Position numbers and translations under genes: made by a program. Positions 37,987 to 47,272 of a stretch of DNA of 56,531 nt are shown here, piece after piece. Every line of letters begins with the position of its first letter. Positions within the stretch are counted from its first letter, which is position 1. The notes beneath the pieces were generated by a model. That model was not told the origin of the DNA. It did no database searches and saw only the letters and a list, made by a program, of their open reading frames with translations. The stretch comes from an uncultured Candidatus Peribacteria bacterium (GTDB taxonomy: Bacteria; Patescibacteriota; Gracilibacteria; UBA1369; UBA12473). The DNA is taken from assembly GCA_964436935.1 (NCBI GenBank), contig CAYTES010000003.1, positions 1-56,531 of the forward strand, read 5' to 3'.

Positions 37987-38096
37987 AGCACTCAAAAGCA
38001 TAGGTTTGGCATTTAGCGTTCGCTGGAGCATTGAAACTAGCTTTTTAAATAAGGCCTATTTCGAATTTCAAGCTCTCTCAATTCAGGGTAAGTTTA

Positions 38097-38125
38097 TTGA
38101 CCAATAATTTTATTTATGTTATTAT
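38097..38125 (+). promoter_or_regulatory. candidate promoter
   Basis: TTGACC-17 nt-TATTAT. Confidence 0.4.
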
Positions 38126-38164
38126 AATAAAATTTAGAATATTAATGATTTAATCCAAGTCATC

Positions 38165-38329
38165 ATGGCCATAAAAACTCCTGATTCAGAAGAATATCGA
38201 GATAGAAGTAAAACCCTTCCCGAAATACCTGATAACGATACCGTTAATAAAGAGCGGAAAAGATTGATTGGATACCCTCCATTGTCCCTTCCGCTGTCGT
38301 TCAAGGGATGTTTGGTGATCCTGAATTAA
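38165..38329 (+). CDS. 54-aa ORF, possibly the frameshifted N-terminus of the next gene
   Basis: This is the first sizeable ORF after the 38097 promoter (MAIKTPDSEEYRDRSKTLPEIPDND...). It overlaps the start of 38308..38928 in another frame. Confidence 0.3.
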   Translation: MAIKTPDSEEYRDRSKTLPEIPDNDTVNKERKRLIGYPPLSLPLSFKGCLVILN

Positions 38330-38928
38330 AAAAGAAAATCTATTTAAAAGGAAAAGAATGGGCGACAGGGAAAGATGATCGAAGGATTGCGCGAATCGCT
38401 GGCTGGGCCATATTAGCGGCATCGGCCAACACAGAGGAAGAAAGAGCAGAAGCGTATGGGATTGTAATGGGTAAAATGGATACTCCACACATTGATATGG
38501 CGGCCAATGTAAAAATTGCAGCGGCAATTTTAGCCAATGAAGCCCAAAAACAAGAGCTCTACCGTATGTCTTCCGAAGAACATGAAAAAACTCAGTATTG
38601 GGATATCCACGGAGGAGCTCTTATTGCAATGGCTATCACCGCTCCCACAGGAGAAGAACGATCTAAAATTTATCAAATCGCCAACGAGCGATTGAAAAAA
38701 GGATACAATCATCGATACACCAAAAAAGACATGCTTGTGATGGCATTAACGGCACAAACCGAAGAAGAAAAAAATAAAGCCTTTAAACTAGCGGAAGAAT
38801 ATAGTGATACAAAAAAATACCACAACTTCGTGAATGGATGGGCCAATATTTCATTGGGAATTTTGGGAAGCAAGGATAGAGACCTTGCCATCAAGAGCGT
38901 TGCTGCCCTCATAGAACAAAATGATTAA
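38308..38928 (+). CDS. hypothetical helical-repeat protein
   Basis: Three ~45-aa repeats carry A-x-T-E-E-E-(R/K) cores (ANTEEERAEAYG, APTGEERSKIYQ, AQTEEEKNKAFK). Confidence 0.55.
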   Translation: MFGDPELKKKIYLKGKEWATGKDDRRIARIAGWAILAASANTEEERAEAYGIVMGKMDTPHIDMAANVKIAAAILANEAQKQELYRMSSEEHEKTQYWDIHGGALIAMAITAPTGEERSKIYQIANERLKKGYNHRYTKKDMLVMALTAQTEEEKNKAFKLAEEYSDTKKYHNFVNGWANISLGILGSKDRDLAIKSVAALIEQND

Positions 38929-38981
38929 GGGCGCATTTTCCCTGCCCCTTTAACTCGCTAAAAGCTACTAGCCAAGCCGGC

Positions 38982-39009
38982 TTGACTTTGAAGTATGAGT
39001 CTCTATAAT
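38982..39009 (+). promoter_or_regulatory. near-consensus sigma-70 promoter for fusA-tuf
   Basis: TTGACT-16 nt-TATAAT. The predicted start site at ~39015-39017 coincides with the 5' arm of element E2. Confidence 0.6.
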
Positions 39010-39014
39010 TTGCC

Positions 39015-39180
39015 AGAACGTATTCGAGATCTAACAATGAGATGACTTTTGCAGGATTTTTGTGTCAGGCTAGGCGCGACGACGAAACCCTATCAATAAA
39101 ACGATAAGGTAAGGAGGCGCAACAACGCATGACGCAAAAAGACAAAAAAGCCACTCAATGGGAGATCTCGAATACGTTCT
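39015..39180 (+). ncRNA. candidate structured 5' leader RNA E2 (166 nt, 18-bp perfect closing stem)
   Basis: AGAACGTATTCGAGATCT (39015-39032) is the exact reverse complement of 39163-39180. Nested helices are 39035-39041/39154-39160 and 39046-39052/39134-39141. It contains AAAACGATAAGG (39098-39109), which is identical to 6578-6589 in E1, and AAGGAGG (39111-39117). Confidence 0.5.
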
Positions 39181-39214
39181 AAGCTTATTCCTTGAGTCAA
39201 ATAACCCACTTCAA

Positions 39215-41323
39215 ATGTCAGACGACCACATTAGCGATCTTACCAAACTACGCAATATCGGAATTTGTGCCCATATTGACGCCGGAAAAACAACGACAAC
39301 GGAACGTGTTCTTTTCTATACCGGAAAAAGTCATAAAATCGGAGAAGTACACGAAGGAGCCGCCACCATGGACTGGATGGAACAAGAACAAGAACGTGGA
39401 ATCACGATCACTTCCGCCTGCACCACATGTTACTGGACTCCAACCCATCCGGGGTCGGTGAAACATCGTATCAACATCATCGATACTCCGGGACACGTGG
39501 ACTTCACCGTTGAAGTGGAACGTTCCCTGCGCGTACTCGATGGAGCCGTGGTGCTATTTGATGGATCCCAAGGAGTGGAACCTCAATCCGAAACCGTCTG
39601 GAGACAAGCAGACAAATACAATGTGCCTCGCATCGCCTTTGCGAACAAAATGGATAAAACCGGAGGAGATTTTTACATGACCCTCACCTCGATTCATGAA
39701 CGGTTGAATAAGAATGCCGTTGCGGTGCAACTTCCGATCGGAGAAGAAAGCAACTTCAGTGGAATCATCGATATTATCGAACGCAAGGCGTATAAATTTG
39801 AAGGAAAATTCGGAGAAATCATCGTGGACATTGAAATTCCGGAAGACATGAAAGCTAAAGTGGAAGAGTACCGACACATCCTGGTGGAAAAAGTCGCGGA
39901 ACAGGACGAGCAACTCATGGAGAAATACCTCAACGAAGAAGAAATATCGATCACTGAAATTAAAAAAGTTCTTCGAAAAGCCACCATTGACGTTCGCCTT
40001 ATTCCTGTTTTTTGTGGAACCGCACTTCAAAACATGGGAGTTCAATTGGTCTTGGACGGAGTCGTGGACTACCTCCCCTCTCCTTTGGATATTGAAGCCG
40101 TGACCGGAATAAATCCCGACACCGATCAAGAAGAAAAACGAGCAGCGAAAAATGACGCCCCTTTCTCGGCACTGGCCTTTAAAATCGCCACCGACCCCTT
40201 CATTGGTAAGCTGTGTTTCTTCCGAGTTTATTCGGGAACACTCCAAGCCGGAAGCTATGTGTACAACTCGACCACGGGTGAAAAAGAACGTATCAGTCGA
40301 TTGGTTCAAATGCACGCCAACTCAAGGGAAGAAATCAAAGAAGTCCAAGCCGGAGATATTGCCGCCGCCGTGGGTTTAAAAAGAACTTTTACGGGACATA
40401 CGCTTTGCGAAGAGGGTAAACCTATCGTTTTGGAAGCGATCGAATTCCCCGAACCCGTGATCTCGATCGCCATTGAACCGAAAACAAAGGCCGATCAAGA
40501 AAAAATGGGAATCGCCCTCCAAAAACTATCCGAAGAAGATCCCACCTTCCGGGTTCATACGGATGAAGAAACCGGACAAACCATCATCGCGGGAATGGGA
40601 GAACTTCATTTGGATATCATTGTGGACCGCATGCGTCGCGAATTCAAAGTCGAAGCCAATGTCGGTAAACCTCAAGTGGCCTACCGAGAAACGATTCAAA
40701 AAGAAGTGGAAGAGGAAGAAAAGTACGCCAAACAAACCGGTGGTCGTGGTCAATTCGGACACGTTCTCATGCGTGTAGGCCCCAATGAAACCGGAAAAGG
40801 ATTCGAATTCATCAATGCGGTGGTGGGAGGTAAAATTCCTCGAGAGTTCATTCCCGCCGTTGAAAAAGGAGTTACGGAAGCACTCACCCGCGGAATCATT
40901 GCCGGATATCCGGTGGTGGACGTCAAAGTCGAACTCTACGATGGGTCGTACCATGATGTGGACTCCTCCGAAATGGCGTTCAAAATTGCAGGATCGATCT
41001 GTTTCCAAAATGCCGCTAAAAAAGCGAGTCCTATCTTGCTTGAACCCATAATGATGGTGGAATCCATTACTCCCGAAAACTACATGGGAGATGTGATGGG
41101 AGACCTCAATTCCCGCCGAGGACAAATTCAAGAAATGGGCGATCGTGGAACGGCTAAATTCGTTCGCGCCAAAGTGCCTTTGGCGGAAATGTTCGGCTAT
41201 GCCACCGACCTTCGTTCCATGACCCAAGGACGTGCCAACTACAGCATGGAGTTCGCCAGCTATGAAAAAGCACCGAACAACATCGTAGAAAAAGTCAAAG
41301 AAGAACGAGGGATAAAGAGCTAA
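39215..41323 (+). CDS. fusA: elongation factor G
   Basis: [30 protein letters not shown]..., DTPGHVDF and NKMD. The start is set at 39215 because the tracked start at 39158 lies inside the leader stem. Confidence 0.95.
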   Translation: MSDDHISDLTKLRNIGICAHIDAGKTTTTERVLFYTGKSHKIGEVHEGAATMDWMEQEQERGITITSACTTCYWTPTHPGSVKHRINIIDTPGHVDFTVEVERSLRVLDGAVVLFDGSQGVEPQSETVWRQADKYNVPRIAFANKMDKTGGDFYMTLTSIHERLNKNAVAVQLPIGEESNFSGIIDIIERKAYKFEGKFGEIIVDIEIPEDMKAKVEEYRHILVEKVAEQDEQLMEKYLNEEEISITEIKKVLRKATIDVRLIPVFCGTALQNMGVQLVLDGVVDYLPSPLDIEAVTGINPDTDQEEKRAAKNDAPFSALAFKIATDPFIGKLCFFRVYSGTLQAGSYVYNSTTGEKERISRLVQMHANSREEIKEVQAGDIAAAVGLKRTFTGHTLCEEGKPIVLEAIEFPEPVISIAIEPKTKADQEKMGIALQKLSEEDPTFRVHTDEETGQTIIAGMGELHLDIIVDRMRREFKVEANVGKPQVAYRETIQKEVEEEEKYAKQTGGRGQFGHVLMRVGPNETGKGFEFINAVVGGKIPREFIPAVEKGVTEALTRGIIAGYPVVDVKVELYDGSYHDVDSSEMAFKIAGSICFQNAAKKASPILLEPIMMVESITPENYMGDVMGDLNSRRGQIQEMGDRGTAKFVRAKVPLAEMFGYATDLRSMTQGRANYSMEFASYEKAPNNIVEKVKEERGIKS

Positions 41324-41365
41324 ATTTAAAAGGGGGAAGCCTTCCCTCTTTCTGTACTTTTTTTC

Positions 41366-41394
41366 TTGCAACGAAAAGGCAATTCATTTATAGT
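41366..41394 (+). promoter_or_regulatory. candidate internal promoter for tuf
   Basis: TTGCAA-17 nt-TATAGT, preceded by a GC hairpin (41331-41349). Confidence 0.45.
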
Positions 41395-41439
41395 CGTTGC
41401 GCGCTTATTCTAAACATTTAATATCATAACCCAACAGCA

Positions 41440-42633
41440 ATGGCAGACCTTTTCCAACGTACCAAGCCTCACGTTAATGTGGGAACCATTGGACACGTCG
41501 ACCATGGTAAGACGACTCTAACCGCCGCCATGACGATTGCCGCCAATAAACTTTTCCCAGGAGGAGTAAACAAAGCGGTCACCTACGATCAAATCGATAA
41601 CGCTCCGGAAGAACGTGCCCGTGGTATCACCATTGCCACTTCTCACCAGGAGTATGAAACCGCTAAGCGTCACTACGCTCACGTTGACTGTCCAGGTCAC
41701 GCCGATTACATCAAAAACATGATCACCGGTGCCGCTCAAATGGACGGCGCCATCCCTGTAGTTTCTGCCGCTGATGGACCTATGCCTCAAACTCGGGAAC
41801 ACATCCTCTTGGCTCGCCAAGTGATGGTCCCTTCCATCGTGGTCTTTATGAACAAAATGGATATGGCCGATCCGGATATTGCCGAACTATCCGAAATGGA
41901 AGTACGCGAATTGCTCACCAAATACGGATTCCCCGGAGACGATGTACCTATCATCAAGGGTTCCGCCCTCAAAGTGGTTGAAAACCCAGACAGCGAAGAG
42001 GCGCTCAAACCAATGCGCGAACTGTTCGAAGCACTCGACAATTACATCCCAGATCCCATTCGTGAACTCGACAAACCTTTCCTTATGCCAGTGGAAGACG
42101 TGTTCTCAATCAAAGGTCGTGGAACGGTTGCCACGGGTCGTATCGAACAAGGTGTGGTCAAAATCAACGAAGAAGTTGAAATCGTGGGAGTAAAAGACAC
42201 TCGAAAAGTGATCGTCACGGGAGTTGAAATGTTCAAAAAACAATTGGATCAAGGACAAGCCGGAGACAACGTGGGTCTCTTGCTCCGAGGAATTGAACGT
42301 GAAGAAATTGAACGTGGACAAGTTATCTGTAAACCGGGATCCATCACTCCTCATACGGAGTTCGATTCCGAGGTATACGTCTTGGCCAAAGAAGAAGGAG
42401 GACGACACACGCCTTTCTTCAAAGGGTACAAACCTCAATTCTACATCCGAACCACGGATGTAACCGGAACCATCGAACTTCCTGAAGGAGTTGAAATGGT
42501 GATGCCTGGAGACAACATCAAGATGAAAGTCATGTTGGGAGCCAGCATCGCGTTGACCGAAGGAACTCGGTTCGCCATCCGTGAAGGAGGTCGTACCGTT
42601 GGAGCCGGAGTCGTCACCAAGATCTTGAAATAG
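41440..42633 (+). CDS. tuf: elongation factor Tu
   Basis: [18 protein letters not shown] and NKMD. Full length at 397 aa. Confidence 0.97.
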   Translation: MADLFQRTKPHVNVGTIGHVDHGKTTLTAAMTIAANKLFPGGVNKAVTYDQIDNAPEERARGITIATSHQEYETAKRHYAHVDCPGHADYIKNMITGAAQMDGAIPVVSAADGPMPQTREHILLARQVMVPSIVVFMNKMDMADPDIAELSEMEVRELLTKYGFPGDDVPIIKGSALKVVENPDSEEALKPMRELFEALDNYIPDPIRELDKPFLMPVEDVFSIKGRGTVATGRIEQGVVKINEEVEIVGVKDTRKVIVTGVEMFKKQLDQGQAGDNVGLLLRGIEREEIERGQVICKPGSITPHTEFDSEVYVLAKEEGGRHTPFFKGYKPQFYIRTTDVTGTIELPEGVEMVMPGDNIKMKVMLGASIALTEGTRFAIREGGRTVGAGVVTKILK

Positions 42634-42655
42634 TTCGAGCTTAAAGACAAACATT

Positions 42656-42699
42656 AAAACCGCCTTTTACCTGAAATAGGAAAGAAGGCGGTTTTTTTT
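42656..42699. terminator. bidirectional intrinsic terminator
   Basis: AAAACCGCCTT...AAGGCGGTTTTTTTT sits between the convergent tuf and 42698..43126. Confidence 0.75.
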
Positions 42700-43126
42700 A
42701 TACGACTCCATCAAATTTCCAATAAATATGAAACTCCGTAGAATGGCGAGGCCATTCCAGTAAACGACCAGAAAAAATAGAAAAATACTGTCTGCCATCA
42801 AAAAATAGCCTCACATATTGACCTTCTTGTATTCCATAAACAGAAAACGTTCCGGGATTGATTGATCTTAATCGAACGCCATTCATGAATTCGGGGGGGA
42901 AAGGTCCATTAAAAGGAACAGGTTTTACTCTAGAAATATAATCACCAAGGGTTGCTGAAACCTCCCGCACAAATTGAACCAATTCCTCGGAAGTGGAAAT
43001 CTGAGCCAACGCTTGGTCGAAACAACCTGTTTCTCTAAGAAAGTTCTCAAAAGAAACATCGCTTTCAATAGGTGAATTGACAATCATTTCTTCTAAAGAT
43101 TTTCCAGGGTCGCCATCAAGGGCCAT
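42698..43126 (-). CDS. hypothetical protein (142 aa), cargo of the tuf-proximal insertion
   Basis: Clean ORF on the strand opposite to the operon. No recognizable motif. Confidence 0.55.
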   Translation of the reverse strand: MALDGDPGKSLEEMIVNSPIESDVSFENFLRETGCFDQALAQISTSEELVQFVREVSATLGDYISRVKPVPFNGPFPPEFMNGVRLRSINPGTFSVYGIQEGQYVRLFFDGRQYFSIFSGRLLEWPRHSTEFHIYWKFDGVV

Positions 43127-43157
43127 AGGCTATGCTTAATATATGAATGACTGTAAT

Positions 43158-43217
43158 CGTGACATGCAAAGGGGTCAAGCGGTTGGAACGATGGAGTCAC
43201 CAAGATCTTAAAATAAG
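43158..43217 (+). pseudogene. relic copy of the tuf 3' end
   Basis: CGTGACATGCAAAGGGGTCAAGCGGTTGGAACGATGGAGTCACCAAGATCTTAAAATAAG aligns with tuf 42580-42633 (CGTGAAGGAGGTCGTACCGTTGGAGCCGGAGTCGTCACCAAGATCTTGAAATAG). The alignment includes an exact ACCAAGATCTT run and shared GGTC, GTTGGA and GGAGTC blocks. Confidence 0.65.
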
Positions 43218-43263
43218 ATCACATTCAAATGGATTGGCTGAGAAGAAGCTGGGCTATTTTTTT

Positions 43264-43680
43264 GAATTGAATTGGAGATTAAAAATACACCTTGCGGCTT
43301 TGTAACTCTTCAACCATAGCTCTAAAAAAGGCGGGCTTTTCGTTCCAATTCTCTTCCCTTGAGTTTCGAACCCAATCGATCAAATCTTGTGTGTCATAAT
43401 CTCGTACTTGGTCCCTCGACTTCGTGAGCGAATAAGGAGAGACACGAAGCGAGAGTATTTTTTAAAACGTGGGTGATAATAAAAATCCCGATATATCTGG
43501 CGGAAAACCCGGAGAAGAAGGCAAAGATCGAGATAAAAAAGATTGCAATACACCAAGCATTTCATCGGATTCAGGGAACTCAGGACGATCCTCTCGTTTG
43601 GTATAGGTTGGCTCAGCGTTAGGAATTTCTTCGGGCTCATCAAGACGTTTCTTGGTTCTGAAATCAATAACTTTTCCCAT
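43264..43680 (-). pseudogene. probable frameshifted gene remnant
   Basis: Protein-like translation is spread over three frames. MGKVIDFRTKKRLDEPEEIP... occupies 43462-43680, ...FRQIYRDFYYHPRFKKYS... is the 43380-43667 ORF, and ...RDYDTQDLIDWVRNSREENWNEKPAFFRAMVEELQSRKVYF* ends near 43264. Confidence 0.4.
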
Positions 43681-43791
43681 AATGCGTTAATTTATAATAA
43701 TAAAAGGTTGATTTATAAATGATAGCCGCAAAAGGGTCAAGAAAAATGCAAAAAAAATCTCGTCGCGCGGCGTAAAACGGCTCATGCTCCA

Positions 43792-43820
43792 TTGACTTTA
43801 TAAATATATTCCGCTAAAAA
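43792..43820 (+). promoter_or_regulatory. candidate promoter of rpsJ leader
   Basis: TTGACT-17 nt-TAAAAA. The block order matches the promoter at 45857. Confidence 0.45.
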
Positions 43821-44029
43821 GCTTACACAACAAAATGAATCCTTTGCTTTTAAAGTATTCCTCGCCCTTCGCCTCACCGCGTAGGAGCGGGACACCTCGA
43901 CACACAAAAAATGACACTCGGCTACTGCGAGCTGTCAGGTGATTCTCAAAAAGAATACCACCAACTGTATCGAGGCAACTCGGTCGATTTATCAATTCGC
44001 ATTCATCATTTTTTAACCTCATTTCCAAA

Positions 44030-44389
44030 ATGGCCACCAAAAAAGGAGAAGGCAAAGCCGGAAAATCCACGGCGGGCAAACAACGCATTCGCATCAAAAT
44101 CAAAGCATTCGATCATAAGGTCATCGATGACACGACTAAAATGATCATTGAAACGGCGGAACGGAGTGGGGCCATTATTTCCGGACCGATTCCCCTACCG
44201 ACTCACATCGAAAAATTCACGGTCAATAAATCCACCTTCGTTCACAAAAAATCACGTGAACAGTTCGAAATTCGAACGCACAAACGATTGATCGACATCA
44301 CCGACAGTACACCCAAAACCATCGAATCCCTCACCACGCTCAGCCTTCCAGCCGGGGTGGACATTGAAATCAAAATGATCACGGAGTAA
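44030..44389 (+). CDS. rpsJ: 30S ribosomal protein S10
   Basis: [40 protein letters not shown]... with a ~17 aa basic N-terminal extension. Confidence 0.95.
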   Translation: MATKKGEGKAGKSTAGKQRIRIKIKAFDHKVIDDTTKMIIETAERSGAIISGPIPLPTHIEKFTVNKSTFVHKKSREQFEIRTHKRLIDITDSTPKTIESLTTLSLPAGVDIEIKMITE

Positions 44390-44430
44390 AACAATGGGTG
44401 TCTACAGGTTTTAATTTTAACTTCCAGCCC

Positions 44431-44610
44431 ATGAATTCACATCTCAATAATGCGCTCAGGGAACTAAAATCAGCAGGCGCACAGGGCTTACCCAGTAGCG
44501 AGTCGGTTGAAAAAGCAACCAATGGAAAAAAATGGAGTGGGAAAAAGGCCAATGAAGAGGAATGGGAACTCGTCAAAAACAACAACGAGAGCTACAACTG
44601 CCGTTGCTAG
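44431..44610 (+). CDS. small hypothetical protein (59 aa from ATG; 70 aa from GTG 44398)
   Basis: ORF immediately after rpsJ. Hydrophilic, ending in ...ESYNCRC. Confidence 0.35.
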   Translation: MNSHLNNALRELKSAGAQGLPSSESVEKATNGKKWSGKKANEEEWELVKNNNESYNCRC

Positions 44611-44705
44611 AATAAAATGATTCACAAGAGTCATAAAAATAGATCATGCTTGACATGGTCTATTTTTTATATTTAAATAAAATCCATCATTTTCTAAAAA
44701 ACACT

Positions 44706-45818
44706 ATGGCACAAACAAACGAAGAAATGAGCCAACCGGAAGTGTCGAAATTGACCGCGCACTTCTTGGAGTTAATGGATGACGACTATGCTCAGCAACA
44801 ATGGGAAAGAAGGAGTAGGAGCGAAACGGCCATGAAGGCTTTTATTCTTGAAAACCTTTGTCCGAACAGCGAAAAATTAACACATCTGTACGAACAGATG
44901 ATTGGAAATCAAATTTTATTTGAATTGAAACAAGCCCGGAAAAAAAACATACTCGAGCTATTGGAAAGAAAAACTCCTCTTGAATTGAGATCGTTGAGCA
45001 AGTCGGTCGAGCTGTTGGAGCCCTTTAGTGAAAACCCCTTCAAGGAGGATATGGCCAATCCCCTCCTTGAAGCCATCGCAAAAACACAACCCAAGCCGAA
45101 CGAATCAAAAAAGTCTAACCCCATAACGGAAAAAGAGATGAAAGAGGTGGTCGCATCAAACCTATTTTCCAGCATAGAAGAAGCAATCGCACTCTATTTT
45201 AAAATTTTACAATACCAATCCCCCAAACAATACAACCGCCTCATGCATATGGATGAAGCACAGTTGGAATGGTGGTATAAGCAAGGCGGAGTCTATCAAG
45301 AAGTGAGAATGTTGCGACTTGTAAAAGAAGAACCCCAAAAACCAAGTCAAACCCCTTCGCCCGAAGTGGAATCCCCTCAAAGGGACCGCCGCCCCCCAGC
45401 CTCCTCCGGTCAAAAAAGAAGAGAAGCACCAAAGGCGACCATGGCGGATTGGAATCGTGCATTTGAAAAAGCCTCACAAGATGCCAATCAAGAACTTGAA
45501 GCCGCGAGAAAGAGAGTAGAATCAGCAGAAAAAAATCTAGGACGAGCAATAAACGATGTGCTCCACGAATTAGAAAACGAAAAAAGACGCACAGAAGCCC
45601 TTGAAGAAAAGTTGTCTCGTGGAATAGAAGTGCTTGAGGTAGGCCTCTCGCAAGTGGAAGAACAGGTTTCCCGTGGGATGAAAGCGGCGGAAGAAGGCGT
45701 TTCGCAGGGAATTCAAATTCTCGAAAAAACCGTTGCCCCGCAACTGGAAAGAGCAGCCAGCTTAGGAAGAAAAGCACTTGGATGGCTCGAAAAAAGGGTG
45801 AATAAGCAAGGAAAATAA
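44706..45818 (+). CDS. hypothetical coiled-coil protein inserted between rpsJ and rplC
   Basis: The start is set at MAQTNEEM. There is a Pro/Ser-rich linker, then a C-terminal region with repeated (L/V)S(R/Q)G segments roughly 8-11 residues apart (LSRGIEVLEVGLSQVEEQVSRGMKAAEEGVSQGIQILEK). Confidence 0.6.
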   Translation: MAQTNEEMSQPEVSKLTAHFLELMDDDYAQQQWERRSRSETAMKAFILENLCPNSEKLTHLYEQMIGNQILFELKQARKKNILELLERKTPLELRSLSKSVELLEPFSENPFKEDMANPLLEAIAKTQPKPNESKKSNPITEKEMKEVVASNLFSSIEEAIALYFKILQYQSPKQYNRLMHMDEAQLEWWYKQGGVYQEVRMLRLVKEEPQKPSQTPSPEVESPQRDRRPPASSGQKRREAPKATMADWNRAFEKASQDANQELEAARKRVESAEKNLGRAINDVLHELENEKRRTEALEEKLSRGIEVLEVGLSQVEEQVSRGMKAAEEGVSQGIQILEKTVAPQLERAASLGRKALGWLEKRVNKQGK

Positions 45819-45856
45819 CTCACTGCAATCTGTAAATAAAAAAGAATGAAAAAGGC

Positions 45857-45885
45857 TTGACTGTGAAAAATGAAATCGCTAATCT
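45857..45885 (+). promoter_or_regulatory. candidate promoter of rplC leader (paralog of 43792 promoter)
   Basis: TTGACT-17 nt-TAATCT. It is followed by a leader hairpin GCGGAGA (45923-45929)/TCTCCGC (45956-45962) that encloses CAGGAGGAA. Confidence 0.5.
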
Positions 45886-45999
45886 AGTCGGGCTTACAAA
45901 TTTGTTATTCCACCGCGATGCGGCGGAGAAAGTCGAGGTCAGGAGGAATTCATTCTCTCCGCTACGATCAAAGCTTTCCATTATTAACCTCTTCCACCA

Positions 46000-46590
46000 A
46001 TGCCGGGAATTCTAGGCAAAAAAATTGGAATGACACGTCTCATTCAAGACGACGGTCGCGTGATCCCCTTGACGGTGGTCCAGTGTGAACCCAACCAGGT
46101 CACGCAGGTCAAAACCACTGAAAAAGACGGATATCCGGCGGTAGTCTTGGGATTTGGCTCGTTCCAAAAACCAAAAAAGACAAGACCTTTCCGTTTTCAA
46201 CGGGAATTCAAGCTCATTGACGTTAATGGAGAAATGAAAAAGGGAGACGAAGTCAAAGTCGACATCTTTGAAGACGGAGAGGAAGTAAAGGTAACCGCCT
46301 TCTCGAAGGGGAAAGGGTTTGCCGGTGTTATCAAGCGTCACCATTTCCGCAGTGGACCATCTAGTCACGGTTCTCATCACCACAGAGAGCCCGGCTCGAT
46401 CGGTATGTGTGCCAAACCGGGACGTGTATTAAAAGGAAAGCGGATGCCGGGGCACATGGGTAACGAAAAAGTAACCCTTGGTTATGCAAAAGTTGTTTAT
46501 GTGAATCTAGAAAAGAATCTTGTCGGGATCAAGGGGCCAATTCCGGGAGGGAATGGCGAACTGGTCATCATACGCAAAAAATCCAAATAA
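46000..46590 (+). CDS. rplC: 50S ribosomal protein L3
   Basis: MPGILGKKIGMTRLIQDDGRVIPLTVV... Confidence 0.95.
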   Translation: MPGILGKKIGMTRLIQDDGRVIPLTVVQCEPNQVTQVKTTEKDGYPAVVLGFGSFQKPKKTRPFRFQREFKLIDVNGEMKKGDEVKVDIFEDGEEVKVTAFSKGKGFAGVIKRHHFRSGPSSHGSHHHREPGSIGMCAKPGRVLKGKRMPGHMGNEKVTLGYAKVVYVNLEKNLVGIKGPIPGGNGELVIIRKKSK

Positions 46591-46616
46591 TCTATTTCAT
46601 TCAACGTTTCCAGATC

Positions 46617-47261
46617 ATGAAAGCTCACGTATACACTCAAACCGGTGAAGACAAAGGAGAAATAGATCTCAATCCAGAAATCTTTGGAATAAAAATGAAT
46701 AAAGGATTGGTTCACGACTACCTTCTTTTGCAGCAAGCCAACCTAAGACGCCCCATCGCTCACACCAAGACCCCGGGCGAAGTGAGTGGTACAGGAAAGA
46801 AGCCGCACAAGCAAAAGGGGACGGGGAAGGCCCGCCTCGGATCAAAGCGAAGTGTGCAACAAAGGGGTGGTGGTGTGGTTCATGGACCAAGGAGTAATCG
46901 AAATTTCTCTGTGATGATGCCTCAAAAACAACGACGAAAAGCACTATTCTGTTTGTTGTCCGACAAAGCAAGGAATACTGAAATTATCGTCCTGGAAAGT
47001 TATGACAATAAAAAAATAGGAACCAAGGACTTTGCGGAAATGCTTAAAAAGCTTCCGATTGAACGAAATTCCCTTGTGGTTATTGCGGAAAAAAATGAAA
47101 TCATTCAAAAATCATCTCGAAACTTAAGTCGTTCGAAAACCATTCTTGCCAACTACCTAAATCCAAAAGATTTACTGGGCTACAAGACCCTGGTTGTATT
47201 GAAGGACTCTCTGGAGAAAATAGAAGAAGTGTTCCTTAAGAAGAAAACTAAAGTCTCTTAA
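46617..47261 (+). CDS. rplD: 50S ribosomal protein L4
   Basis: SGTGKKPHKQKGTGKARLGSKRSVQQRGGGVVHGP. Confidence 0.95.
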   Translation: MKAHVYTQTGEDKGEIDLNPEIFGIKMNKGLVHDYLLLQQANLRRPIAHTKTPGEVSGTGKKPHKQKGTGKARLGSKRSVQQRGGGVVHGPRSNRNFSVMMPQKQRRKALFCLLSDKARNTEIIVLESYDNKKIGTKDFAEMLKKLPIERNSLVVIAEKNEIIQKSSRNLSRSKTILANYLNPKDLLGYKTLVVLKDSLEKIEEVFLKKKTKVS

Positions 47262-47272
47262 TTTATTGCCCA

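Noticed and set aside
37985-37993. TTAGCACTC, a perfect CIRCE half-site downstream of the lipoprotein gene.
   Set aside because: The partner 9 nt away (GGTTTGGCA) does not match GAGTGCTAA, and no chaperone gene follows.
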